This document shows positions 21,287 through 30,302 of a DNA stretch of 64,000 bases, in pieces. The first letter of the stretch is position 1, and each line of letters opens with the position of its first letter. This DNA is from Bosea sp. 67-29. GTDB taxonomy: Bacteria > Pseudomonadota > Alphaproteobacteria > Rhizobiales > Beijerinckiaceae. Both the position numbers and the translations under genes were made by a program. The stretch lies in assembly GCF_001898115.1 (NCBI RefSeq), contig NZ_MKSQ01000015.1, positions 6,274-70,273 of the forward strand, given 5' to 3'. A model generated the notes under the pieces. It made no database searches, had not been told where the DNA came from, and saw only the letters and a program-made list of their open reading frames with translations.

Positions 21287-21538
21287 ATGGATGTCTTCAC
21301 CATGGTCATCATGGCCTGTGTCTCGGGCGAGCCGCACTGCACGACGTCGCGGATCAGCGAGATCGGCTTCACCACCGCGCAGGCCTGCGAGGACAAGATC
21401 GACGCCATCACCGGCGCGATGACCAAGGACTTCGGCAAACGGCCCGAATTCAAGGGCCGGCAGGTGACCTATGACGTCTCCTGCATGGATCGCACGCAGC
21501 TCGCCCGGAAATTCGGCGTCACCTCGTCGGATACCTGA
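21287..21538 (+). CDS. Small hypothetical protein (83 aa, four Cys)
   Basis: AGGAG RBS; strong GC3 bias. Confidence 0.8.
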   Translation: MDVFTMVIMACVSGEPHCTTSRISEIGFTTAQACEDKIDAITGAMTKDFGKRPEFKGRQVTYDVSCMDRTQLARKFGVTSSDT

Positions 21539-21541
21539 GGC

Positions 21542-22006
21542 TCAGCGCCGCTCGCGGAAAAACTCCCTCAGCAGCGCCGCCGCCTCGCTCTCGCGCAATC
21601 CGCCATAGACCTCGGGCGCGTGATGGCAGGTCGGGCTGTCATACAGCCTGACACCGTTCTCGACCGCCCCGCCCTTCGGATCGCCTGCGCCGAAATAGAG
21701 CCGCCGGATGCGGGAAAACGAGATCGCCGCCGCGCACATCGGACAGGGCTCGAGCGTGACGTAGAGGTCGCAGCCGATCAGGCGCTCGCTGCCGATAGCC
21801 GCACCGGCCAGCCGCAGCGCCAGCATCTCGGCATGGGCGGTCGGGTCCTTCAGCTCCAGCGTGCGGTTGCCGGCATGGGCCAGCACTGCACCGTCGCGCA
21901 TCACCACCGCGCCGACCGGCACTTCTCCACGCGCCGCAGCCGCCTTCGCCTCGTCGAAGGCCAGCGCCATGGCGTCGATGGCGGAGGATGGTTGCGGCTG
22001 CGGCAT
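21542..22006 (-). CDS. tadA: tRNA adenosine(34) deaminase / nucleoside deaminase
   Basis: GEVPVGAV, AHAE, TLEPCPMC, LREFFRERR. Confidence 0.9.
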   Translation of the reverse strand: MPQPQPSSAIDAMALAFDEAKAAAARGEVPVGAVVMRDGAVLAHAGNRTLELKDPTAHAEMLALRLAGAAIGSERLIGCDLYVTLEPCPMCAAAISFSRIRRLYFGAGDPKGGAVENGVRLYDSPTCHHAPEVYGGLRESEAAALLREFFRERR

Positions 22007-22129
22007 CGAAAACCCCTGCTTTGGTGCTCGCAGCGAGGAAAAGCCTCTGCTACAAGCGCCGGTCATAGCGAATAAGCGAGCCAGGCCTTTCCCGCAAAGC
22101 GGATGTGCTCGGCCGGCTCAGGAGCAGTC

Positions 22130-24202
22130 ATGAAAGACGACGACAACAACAGAGGTCGCGGCCCGGGCAAGGGCGGCGGCGCCGGCAGCCGTGGCGGCGG
22201 CAAGGGCTTCGGCGGCAAGGGGCCGGGAAGCAGGGGCGCGGGCGGGCACAGCTTCGGCGGGCGCGACGGCGAAAGCCGCGGCGGCGAGCGCAAGGGCTTC
22301 CGCGAAGCCGGCGAGCGCCGCTCTTTCCGCGGCCATTCCGAGGGCGAGGAGCGCCCGGCCCGCCGCTTCGGCAAGCCGACCGAGGGCAGCGCCCCGCGTC
22401 CGCGCCGGACGGAGGGCGAACGGCCGGCACGTTTCAAGCCCGAAGGCGAAGGCCGCCCCTTCCGCGAGCGGAGCGGCGAGGAGCGCCCCCGCCGCAGCGA
22501 TCGCGGCGGCGAGCGCGTCTTCCGGGAACGTCCGGAAGGTGCGGAACGGCCGGCACGCGGCGGCTTCGGCCGCCCTCCCCGTCGCCCGGAAGCCGGCGAC
22601 GGCGAGCGGCGCTTCGAGCGCCCTCGGCCGCAACGCGGCGAGCGCGATGCCACCCGCGGCGAGCGGCCGCGCCGCCCCCGCGAGGAGGCTCCCACCGAGG
22701 GCAAGCTGATCGCGGCGCAGGAGCCGGAGCGCATCGCCAAGGTGATGGCGCGGGCCGGCGTCGCCTCACGCCGCGACAGCGAGGCGATGATCGCGGAAGG
22801 CCGCGTCAGCGTGAATGGCACGGTGCTCGAAAGCCCGGCCTTCGACGTCAAGCCGACCGATGTCGTGCTGGTCGATGGCGAGCCGCTGCCGGCGCGCGAG
22901 CGCACGCGGCTCTGGCTCTACCACAAGCCGCGCGGCCTGGTGACGACCAATTTCGACCCCGAAGGCCGCCCCACCGTTTTCGAGGCGTTGCCGGAGGACC
23001 TGCCGCGCGTGCTCTCGATCGGCCGGCTCGACATCAACACCGAGGGCCTGCTGCTGCTGACCAATGACGGCGGACTGGCGCGGGTGCTGGAATTGCCGGA
23101 GACCGGCTGGCTCAGGCGCTACCGCGTGCGCGCCTTCGGCGAGGTGACGCAGGACAGGCTCGACACCGTGAAGGACGGCGTTGAGATCGACGGCGTGCAT
23201 TACGGGCCGGTGATCGCCCGCTTCGAGCGCCAGCAGGGCTTCAACACCTGGCTGACGGTCGATCTACGCGAGGGCAAGAATCGCGAAGTCAAGACCGTGC
23301 TCGAGCATCTCGGGCTCGCGGTCAACCGGCTGATCCGCATCTCCTTCGGCCCGTTCCAGCTGGGCGAGATCGAGGAAGGCGAGGTCGAGGAAATCCGCTC
23401 GCGCGTGCTGCAGGACCAGCTCGGCACCGAGCTGGCGGCCAGGGCCGGCGCCGATTTCGAGGCGCCGCGCCGCGACGCGCTGCCGAGCGCGCCACGCCGC
23501 GCGCCCGCCGCCGAGGATCGCCCGCGCCGGCGGCGCGAGACCGGTGACGAAGCGCATGAGACGAAGCGCGAGGCGGTGCGCGAGCTGCGCGGCGACAAAT
23601 CCTGGAATCGCGGCGTCTGGCGCGATGCCGAGACCGAGCCGCAGCGCGCCCGCAAGGCGCCGCCGCGCCGTGGCGCCGATCCGCGCGTCGAGCGCGAGGT
23701 TCGCGAGGCCACGGGTGCCGTCGAGCGCAAGCGCGACAAGGCCATCGCCGATCCCAAGGGCCGGCGCGTGCTGGTCGAGCGGATCAGCGCCCCTTCGCGC
23801 GAAGACCCTGCCGAGCCGGAAACCCGGCGCCGGCCGGATCGCAAGCCCCGCAACGAACGCGGCAGCGGCGAGGCACGCGCGCCACGGGCTCCGGTGCGCA
23901 GCGTCGGCGAAAGGCCCGCCCGGCGTTCGCGCGACGAAGCCGGTGGTCGTGACCGCGCCGATGAGCGCCCCTGGCAGGATCGCTCTCCACGCGGCGAGCG
24001 TGGCGAGCGTGCGCCCCGCGACGGGGCGGAGCGCCCGGCCCGCCGCTTCAGCGAGCGGCCGGCCGGCGACAAGCCGCACGGACGCAGCTTCGGCGACAAG
24101 CCTTTCGGCGGACGCCCCTCCGGCGGCAAGCCGGGCGGCGGTGGCGGCCGTCCGGGCGGCAGGGGCCCTCGCCCCGGCGGCCCGCGCGGCAAGCGCGACT
24201 AG
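22130..24202 (+). CDS. rluB: rRNA pseudouridine synthase (RluB/RsuA family) with long low-complexity tails
   Basis: S4 domain ERIAKVMARAGVASRR, YHKPRG, IGRLDINTEGLLLLTNDG, EGKNREV, LIRISFG. Confidence 0.85.
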   Translation: MKDDDNNRGRGPGKGGGAGSRGGGKGFGGKGPGSRGAGGHSFGGRDGESRGGERKGFREAGERRSFRGHSEGEERPARRFGKPTEGSAPRPRRTEGERPARFKPEGEGRPFRERSGEERPRRSDRGGERVFRERPEGAERPARGGFGRPPRRPEAGDGERRFERPRPQRGERDATRGERPRRPREEAPTEGKLIAAQEPERIAKVMARAGVASRRDSEAMIAEGRVSVNGTVLESPAFDVKPTDVVLVDGEPLPARERTRLWLYHKPRGLVTTNFDPEGRPTVFEALPEDLPRVLSIGRLDINTEGLLLLTNDGGLARVLELPETGWLRRYRVRAFGEVTQDRLDTVKDGVEIDGVHYGPVIARFERQQGFNTWLTVDLREGKNREVKTVLEHLGLAVNRLIRISFGPFQLGEIEEGEVEEIRSRVLQDQLGTELAARAGADFEAPRRDALPSAPRRAPAAEDRPRRRRETGDEAHETKREAVRELRGDKSWNRGVWRDAETEPQRARKAPPRRGADPRVEREVREATGAVERKRDKAIADPKGRRVLVERISAPSREDPAEPETRRRPDRKPRNERGSGEARAPRAPVRSVGERPARRSRDEAGGRDRADERPWQDRSPRGERGERAPRDGAERPARRFSERPAGDKPHGRSFGDKPFGGRPSGGKPGGGGGRPGGRGPRPGGPRGKRD

Positions 24203-24205
24203 GCG

Positions 24206-24766
24206 ATGCGGATCGTCGGCGGGCGCCTGCGCGGCCGGTCTCTGACCGGCCCGAAGCCGGGGATCGGCAGCATCCGGCCGACCTCGGACCGCTTGCGCGA
24301 ATCCCTGTTCAACGTGCTCGCCCATGCCTATGGCGACGCGGTCGAGGGCGCGCGCGTGCTCGACCTCTTCGCCGGCACCGGCGCGCTCGGCTTCGAGGCG
24401 CTTTCGCGCGGCGCGGGTTTCGCCCTTCTCGTCGATGACGGGATGGAGGCGCGCGGCCTGATCCGCGAGAACCAGATGGCGCTGGGCCTCGCCGGCTTCA
24501 GCCGCATCTTCCGGCGCGACGCGACGAAGCTCGGCCCGATCACCGGCATGGCGCCGTTCGGCCTGGTCTTCTGCGACCCGCCCTATCGCAAGGGGCTGGG
24601 CGAGAAGGCGCTCGCCTCCGCCCGCGGCGGCGGCTGGCTGAAACAGGATGCGCTCGTCGTGCTGGAGGAGGCGTCCGATGCCGAGATCGGCCTGCCCGAA
24701 GGCTTCGAGGAGCTGGAGCGGCGGGCCTATGGCGAGACGCAGGTGGTGATCCTGCGGGCGGAATAA
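24206..24766 (+). CDS. rsmD: 16S rRNA m2G966 methyltransferase
   Basis: MRIVGG, RPTSDRLRESLFN, LDLFAGTGALG.EALSRGA, DPPY. Confidence 0.95.
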   Translation: MRIVGGRLRGRSLTGPKPGIGSIRPTSDRLRESLFNVLAHAYGDAVEGARVLDLFAGTGALGFEALSRGAGFALLVDDGMEARGLIRENQMALGLAGFSRIFRRDATKLGPITGMAPFGLVFCDPPYRKGLGEKALASARGGGWLKQDALVVLEEASDAEIGLPEGFEELERRAYGETQVVILRAE

Positions 24767-24863
24767 GACTGCATAGCCGGCATCCGCCGCAAAAGTAGAG
24801 AACTTATCCCCGCTCGCAATTCGGCGCTTAGTCTCCGCATCCGCCGCGGAGATCAAGCGCCGG

Positions 24864-25601
24864 ATGCCGTTCCCAAGACCGATAGAGCCGTACGGACACG
24901 CTCGGGCCGCTCGCCGCCACGCCCTTGCCTGTCAGCTTGCCGGCGAGCGCATGATGCGCGCACTCGCCTGTCTACAGGCGCTCGTCGAGAAGGGCGGTTT
25001 CAACCCCGAACAGCCGCGCGTACCGGCGGGCAGCCCCGAGGGGGGCCAATGGACAAACGGCGAGGGTGGCGGGCAGAGCCGCCAGCCCGGCATCGGCGAC
25101 AATGGTGGGCCGACGCTCGATCCGCCCAAGGATCCTTCGGCAGACAGGTCATCGAAGATCAAGGCGGCCAAGGCACTAGCCAAGGCTATCGCGCGACAGG
25201 CGCTGCGGCGCGCAGGCCCGATCGGCGCGGTCGTCACGGCAATCGAGGCCGCACACTGGCTTTATACGGAGTGGCCTTCGATCCGCTCCTATCAGGACGC
25301 GCCGAAGTCGTTCTCCGAGCTCCAGGAACAGGCCGGCAAGAAGCGGCCGGGCTATGATGATCATCACATCGTGGAGCAAGGCGCGGAATCGCGTGAGGGC
25401 TTTCCGCGTGCCCACATCGATGGCGCGGGCAATATCGTCAGCATCCCGCGATACAAGCACCATGAAATCACGGGATGGTACGCGACACGAAATGCCGAGT
25501 TCGGCAATCTCTCACCACGCGACTATCTCCGCGGACGAGGTTGGGGCGAACATATGGAAGTCGGCCGCGATGCCCTCCGGCGTTTCAAGGTGCTGAAATG
25601 A
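24864..25601 (+). CDS. Putative polymorphic toxin with HNH/AHH-like C-terminal nuclease
   Basis: N-terminal GFNPEQPRVPAGSPEGGQWT; C-terminal DHHIVEQ..GN..IP..KHHEI; GGAGA 10 nt before the ATG. Confidence 0.65.
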   Translation: MPFPRPIEPYGHARAARRHALACQLAGERMMRALACLQALVEKGGFNPEQPRVPAGSPEGGQWTNGEGGGQSRQPGIGDNGGPTLDPPKDPSADRSSKIKAAKALAKAIARQALRRAGPIGAVVTAIEAAHWLYTEWPSIRSYQDAPKSFSELQEQAGKKRPGYDDHHIVEQGAESREGFPRAHIDGAGNIVSIPRYKHHEITGWYATRNAEFGNLSPRDYLRGRGWGEHMEVGRDALRRFKVLK

Positions 25602-25969
25602 CTCCATCGAAGCTGAAGTCACTTACCTCCGCAGAACTCAAACAGCTTTTCGAAAATCTTTGCATTGCGCAATATGATGCTTTGGAAGGCAACGAGATCG
25701 CGAGTTTCAATCGCCGCTTCGACCGAATTCTCGCCATCGAAAACGAACTGAAATCGAGGCCCGGCGACCAAAGACGAATTCTAATGACATTGTTCGGGCA
25801 TCCGAACATGCAGGTCCGGCTGACGGCCGCCCGCGCCAACCTCGCAGTCGATTACATCGCTGCGCGCCGAGAACTCCAGGCAATCGTCGATGAACAATGG
25901 TTTCCGCAAGCTGGCGACGCGGGCATGACGCTTTGGAATCTCGATCGCGGCTTCTACCACCCGACCTGA
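25598..25969 (+). CDS. DUF2019-like protein, candidate immunity protein
   Basis: ATGA overlap with upstream stop; ELKSRPGDQRRIL..LFGHPNMQVRL.AA; visibly AT-richer than flanks. Confidence 0.7.
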   Translation: MTPSKLKSLTSAELKQLFENLCIAQYDALEGNEIASFNRRFDRILAIENELKSRPGDQRRILMTLFGHPNMQVRLTAARANLAVDYIAARRELQAIVDEQWFPQAGDAGMTLWNLDRGFYHPT

Positions 25970-25972
25970 GCG

Positions 25973-26452
25973 TCACCCCCGCCTTGCCGCCTCGATCGCG
26001 GCCACGTCGATCTTGCGCATGGTCATCATCGCGGTGAAGGCGCGCTTGGCCTCCTCGCCGCCGGCCGCCATGGCCTCGGTCAAGACACGCGGCGTGATCT
26101 GCCAGTTCACGCCCCATTTGTCCTTGCACCAGCCGCAGGCGCTTTCCTGGCCGCCATTGCCGACGATGGCGTTCCAGTAGCGGTCGGTCTCCGCCTGATC
26201 GTCGGTCGCGATCTGGAAGGAGAAGGCTTCGCTCTGCTTGAAGGTCGGGCCGCCATTGAGGCCGATGCAGGGGATGCCGGCCACCGTGAAATGGACGACC
26301 AGCGCGTCGCCCGCCTTGCCGGAGGGAAAATCGGTCGGCGCGCGATGGACGGCCTGCACCGCGCTGTCGGGAAAAGTCTCGGCGTAGAAGCGGGCAGCGG
26401 CTTCCGCATCCCTATCGTACCAGACGCAGATCGTGTTCTTGGCAATCGCCAT
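25973..26452 (-). CDS. VOC family protein (PhnB / 3-dmu-9_3-mt-like)
   Basis: AEAAARFY..TFP, GLNGGP.F, EAFSFQI, CGWCKDKWGVNWQI, AMMTMRKID. Confidence 0.9.
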   Translation of the reverse strand: MAIAKNTICVWYDRDAEAAARFYAETFPDSAVQAVHRAPTDFPSGKAGDALVVHFTVAGIPCIGLNGGPTFKQSEAFSFQIATDDQAETDRYWNAIVGNGGQESACGWCKDKWGVNWQITPRVLTEAMAAGGEEAKRAFTAMMTMRKIDVAAIEAARRG

Positions 26453-26612
26453 GGCTCTTCCCTTCAGGCTCGCGGATCGCTCCCGCCCGCCCCGGAGGCG
26501 CAAAGGCGATCACGCCCCCGGTCGCTGGCGAAGCATTCCGATGAAATGCATCGCGGCTGCCTGCGTTCCATCCGCCCCAGGCAAATCAGCGCCACGACGC
26601 GGGGCACCGAAC

Positions 26613-26900
26613 CTAGATCCAGGCGCAGAGCGCAAACTCCGAGGCCGTGCTCCACGAGGCCGGCGTGAACATCGCGACGGTCAGCAGGTCCCATTTGCTC
26701 TTGAGCAACTGCCGCAGCTTGCCGATATCGTTCGCAGCGGCCGGCGTGGCCGCCTGCGCCGCGGGAACCGCCGCAGCGACGGCGACTGCGACATAGCCGC
26801 TGGCCTCGCAGCGCGGGCAGGCCTCGACATGCCCGGGATAGGCGAAGTTCGCCACCGACCGGAGACCCCGGCAGCCCGGGCAGACCATCTGTGTCTTCAT
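26613..26900 (-). CDS. Small hypothetical protein with two CxxC motifs (95 aa)
   Basis: GGAGGG RBS; MKTQMVCPGC...CPRC. Confidence 0.55.
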   Translation of the reverse strand: MKTQMVCPGCRGLRSVANFAYPGHVEACPRCEASGYVAVAVAAAVPAAQAATPAAANDIGKLRQLLKSKWDLLTVAMFTPASWSTASEFALCAWI

Positions 26901-27088
26901 GCTTCCCTCCCGCCCGCATCTTTTTGGCGAAATCCGACTGGCCGATGCGCCCGCCGCCTCCCGCAGAATGCATTGAAGCACAAATCGCCGCTCGACGCGC
27001 CCCCAATCCGGCAGGCCGCAGCGAGCCGGCCCGATATCTCTCTCATCGCTCAGGCGCGAGCGCGGGAGCGGCCCCGCGGCGCGCGGCC

Positions 27089-28903
27089 TCAACGGCGGCC
27101 AAACAGCCGCTCGATGTCGGCGAGCTTCAGCTCGACATAGGTCGGGCGGCCATGGTTGCACTGGCCGGAATTGGGAGTGACCTCCATTTCGCGCAGCAGC
27201 GCGTCCATCTCCTCGGGGCGCATGCGCCGGCCGGCGCGCACGGAGTTGTGGCAGGCCATCGTCGCCAGCACATGGTCGAGCCGCCTTTCCAGCGAGCCCG
27301 GAGCCGAAGAGACCGGGCCATGCTCGGCGAGCGCGTCGGCGACGTCGCGGACGAGCCGCTGGAGATTGCCGCCGGCGAGCTGCGCGGGAGCCTCGCGCAC
27401 CAGCACGGCCCCGGGGCCGAAGGCCTCGATGACCAGACCGAGGCTTTCCAGCTCGCCGGCCGCCGCGTTGAGCCGATCGGCATCGACCGGGTCGAGCTCG
27501 ACCACTTCCGGCAGCAGCAGCGGCTGGCGGGCGATGCCGGAGCGGGCGCGCTCGGCCTTGAGCCGCTCATAGACCAGCCGCTCATGGGCGGCGTGCTGAT
27601 CGATGATGACGACGCCTTCGCGGGTCTGAGCGACGATATAGGTCTCGTGGAGCTGGGCGCGGGCGGCACCGAGCGGCCGGTCGAGCGCCTCCGGCGCGGG
27701 CTCGGCGAGATGCGCGCGGGCATCGGCCGAGGAGGCGACGAAATCGGAGAAGCCGGCCTGCGACGGCGCGGCGTATGCGCTCGGTGGCGCGCTCCATCTG
27801 GCGGTTTCCGGAAAGGCGGGGCGCGGAATCGCGTTGCCGCCGCCCATCGAGAGCACGGCGCGGAAGGCGTCGAGCGTGCGGGCGCCGCCGGTCGTGGTGG
27901 CGCGGTGGCCGGCGGCGGCGAGCGCCGCCTTCAGCCCGGAGACGACGAGGCCGCGCACCAGCGCCGGGTCGCGGAAGCGCACCTCGCTCTTGGCCGGATG
28001 GACGTTGACGTCGACCGCGCGGGGATCGCAGCCGATGTCGAGAAAAAGCACCGGATGGCGGTCAGAGGGCAGGACGTCGGCATAGGCGCCGCGCACCGCC
28101 GAGAGCAGCAGCTTGTCACGCACCGGGCGGCCATTGACCGAGAGATGCACGCCGGCCGAGGTGCCGCGATGGAAGGTCGGCAGCCCGGCGAAACCGGAGA
28201 TGCGGAAGCCCTCGCGCTCAGCCTCGATGCACAGCGCGTTCTCCGGGAAGTCGCGGCCGAGCGCCCGGCCGAGCCGGCGCAGCAGGCCGTCCTCGCCGAT
28301 CGGCTCGGCCGGCCAGTCGAAATTTCCGGCATGCTCGCCTTCGAGCGAGAAGCGGATCTCGGGATGGGCGATGGCGAGGCGGCGTAGCATCTCCGAAACG
28401 GCCTGCGCCTCGGCCCGGTCGCTCTTCAGGAACTTCAGGCGGGCGGGGGTGAAGACGAAGAGGTCGGAGACCTCGATGCGCGTGCCGGGCGCGGCCGCGG
28501 CTGGCCGGACGACACCCTTCTCGCCCGCCTCGACGACGAGGCCCGAGCCTTGCGGCGCATCGTGGCGGCGGGTCACGATCGAGAGCCGCGCGACCGAGCC
28601 GATCGAGGGCAGCGCCTCGCCGCGGAAGCCGAGGGTCCCGATGGCGAAGAGGTCGCCGTCCGGCAATTTCGAGGTGGCATGGCGCTCGACGGCGAGTGCG
28701 AGGTCCTGCGGCGTCATGCCGGCACCGTCGTCGACGACGCGGATCAATTCGCGGCCACCCCCGGCGATGGTCACGGCGATGGCACGGGCACCGGCGTCGA
28801 TCGCGTTCTCGACCAGCTCCTTCACGGCCGCAGCCGGGCGCTCGATCACCTCGCCGGCGGCGATGCGGTCGACGAGGACGGGGTCGAGGCGGCGGACGGT
28901 CAT
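27089..28903 (-). CDS. mutL: DNA mismatch repair endonuclease MutL
   Basis: [59 protein letters not shown]. Confidence 0.97.
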   Translation of the reverse strand: MTVRRLDPVLVDRIAAGEVIERPAAAVKELVENAIDAGARAIAVTIAGGGRELIRVVDDGAGMTPQDLALAVERHATSKLPDGDLFAIGTLGFRGEALPSIGSVARLSIVTRRHDAPQGSGLVVEAGEKGVVRPAAAAPGTRIEVSDLFVFTPARLKFLKSDRAEAQAVSEMLRRLAIAHPEIRFSLEGEHAGNFDWPAEPIGEDGLLRRLGRALGRDFPENALCIEAEREGFRISGFAGLPTFHRGTSAGVHLSVNGRPVRDKLLLSAVRGAYADVLPSDRHPVLFLDIGCDPRAVDVNVHPAKSEVRFRDPALVRGLVVSGLKAALAAAGHRATTTGGARTLDAFRAVLSMGGGNAIPRPAFPETARWSAPPSAYAAPSQAGFSDFVASSADARAHLAEPAPEALDRPLGAARAQLHETYIVAQTREGVVIIDQHAAHERLVYERLKAERARSGIARQPLLLPEVVELDPVDADRLNAAAGELESLGLVIEAFGPGAVLVREAPAQLAGGNLQRLVRDVADALAEHGPVSSAPGSLERRLDHVLATMACHNSVRAGRRMRPEEMDALLREMEVTPNSGQCNHGRPTYVELKLADIERLFGRR

Positions 28904-28950
28904 GGGAACGGACGATTCTCCTGTCCGGAGCCTAACCCCGGACGGCTGGC

Positions 28951-30246
28951 TCAGGCGAGCCCGACCGGCCGTCCGACAGCCTCGACGAGCAGGTCCGGCT
29001 GGCCGAACAGGCGCGCCGCCGCCCGCCTTACATCCGCCAGGGTGACGGCCGCGAAGCGCTGGTTGCGGCTGGCGAGAAAGTCGGGCGTGTCGCCGCGCAG
29101 GGCGAGAGACAGCAATTCGCCGGCGATCTTCGGCGAGGTGTCGAAGCGCAGCGGATAGGAGCCGATGATGTAGCGCTTGGCCTCCTCGACCTCGTGTTCG
29201 GTCGGGCCGTCGCTGGCGAGCTTCGCCATCTCCTCGCGGATCACCTTCATCGACTCGGCCGCGCGGTCGTTGCGGGTGGCGGTGCCGCCGACCAGCATGG
29301 CGCTCTCGCGCAGCGGCAGCAGGCTGGAGGAAACGCCGTAGGCGAGGCCGCGCTTCTCGCGCACCTCCATGAACAGGCGCGAGGTGAAGGCCGAGCCGCC
29401 CAGGATATGGTTCAGGACGCTTGCCGGGATGAAATCGGGATCGTCCCACATCAGCCCCGGCCCGGCGAAGCGGAGCACCGTCTGCGGCACGTCGAGGTCG
29501 ATGACATGGGTTTCGCCCAGGCCCTGGATCGGCAGAGGCGCGGCCGGTCGCTGGCGCGGCGCACCGGCGGGCAAGGCACCGAACAGCGCATCGAGGCGTC
29601 CGGCCAACTCGTCGGCGGTGATGTCACCGACCACGACGATTTTGAGGCCGGCGCGATCGAGCAGCGCCGGGGTCAGGGAGCGGAGCGCCGGCGCTTCCAG
29701 CCGCGAGACGCTGTCGATGTCACCCTTCTCGGGACGGCCATAGGCGTGGCCGGGAAAGGCCGAGGCATAGAGCGCGTTGCGGCAGAGCGTCTCCGGGTTC
29801 TTGGCCTGGCGCTGCAGCCCGGCGACCACCTGCGCCTTGACGCGTGCGACCGCATCGGCGTCGAAGCGCGGCTGGTTGAGCGCGAGGCCGAGCAGGTCGA
29901 AGGCGGTGTCGCGATGGGTCGAGAGCGTCTGCAGATAGCCGTGGAAATCGTCGCGGCGGGCATCGAAGCCGAGCCCGATGGCGTGATCGGCCATGCGGCC
30001 CTGGAAGGCCTCGGCATCGAGATCGCCGGCGCCTTCGTCGAGCAGGCCGGAGATCAGATAGGCGCTGCCGGCGGCGTCGGCCGGATCACGCGAGCAGCCA
30101 CCGTCAAAGGCGAAATCGACCGCGATCAGCGGCAGGCTGTGCTCCTCGACCAGCCAGGCCTCGACGCCGCCCGGCGAGCGCACCGTCTGGACGTCGATGG
30201 CCGGGCCGGCGGTGTTGAGCTTCGGGGTCGGAAGGGGCGCGTTCAT
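28951..30246 (-). CDS. M16 family peptidase, non-catalytic subunit
   Basis: M16 fold motifs [16 protein letters not shown]; lacks HxxEH ([11 protein letters not shown] in its place). Confidence 0.88.
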   Translation of the reverse strand: MNAPLPTPKLNTAGPAIDVQTVRSPGGVEAWLVEEHSLPLIAVDFAFDGGCSRDPADAAGSAYLISGLLDEGAGDLDAEAFQGRMADHAIGLGFDARRDDFHGYLQTLSTHRDTAFDLLGLALNQPRFDADAVARVKAQVVAGLQRQAKNPETLCRNALYASAFPGHAYGRPEKGDIDSVSRLEAPALRSLTPALLDRAGLKIVVVGDITADELAGRLDALFGALPAGAPRQRPAAPLPIQGLGETHVIDLDVPQTVLRFAGPGLMWDDPDFIPASVLNHILGGSAFTSRLFMEVREKRGLAYGVSSSLLPLRESAMLVGGTATRNDRAAESMKVIREEMAKLASDGPTEHEVEEAKRYIIGSYPLRFDTSPKIAGELLSLALRGDTPDFLASRNQRFAAVTLADVRRAAARLFGQPDLLVEAVGRPVGLA

Positions 30247-30302
30247 GGCGTTTCCTGTCGGCCGGGCTTCGCGGCCCGCCTTTTTCGACTCAAGGGGCGG
30301 CG

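Noticed and set aside
22130-24202. Repetitive DNA resembling a repeat array or CRISPR
   Set aside because: Repeats are irregular, in frame and encode low-complexity protein; no spacer periodicity and no cas genes
24767-27088. Prophage or integrative element
   Set aside because: No integrase, att repeats, tRNA or structural phage genes are visible
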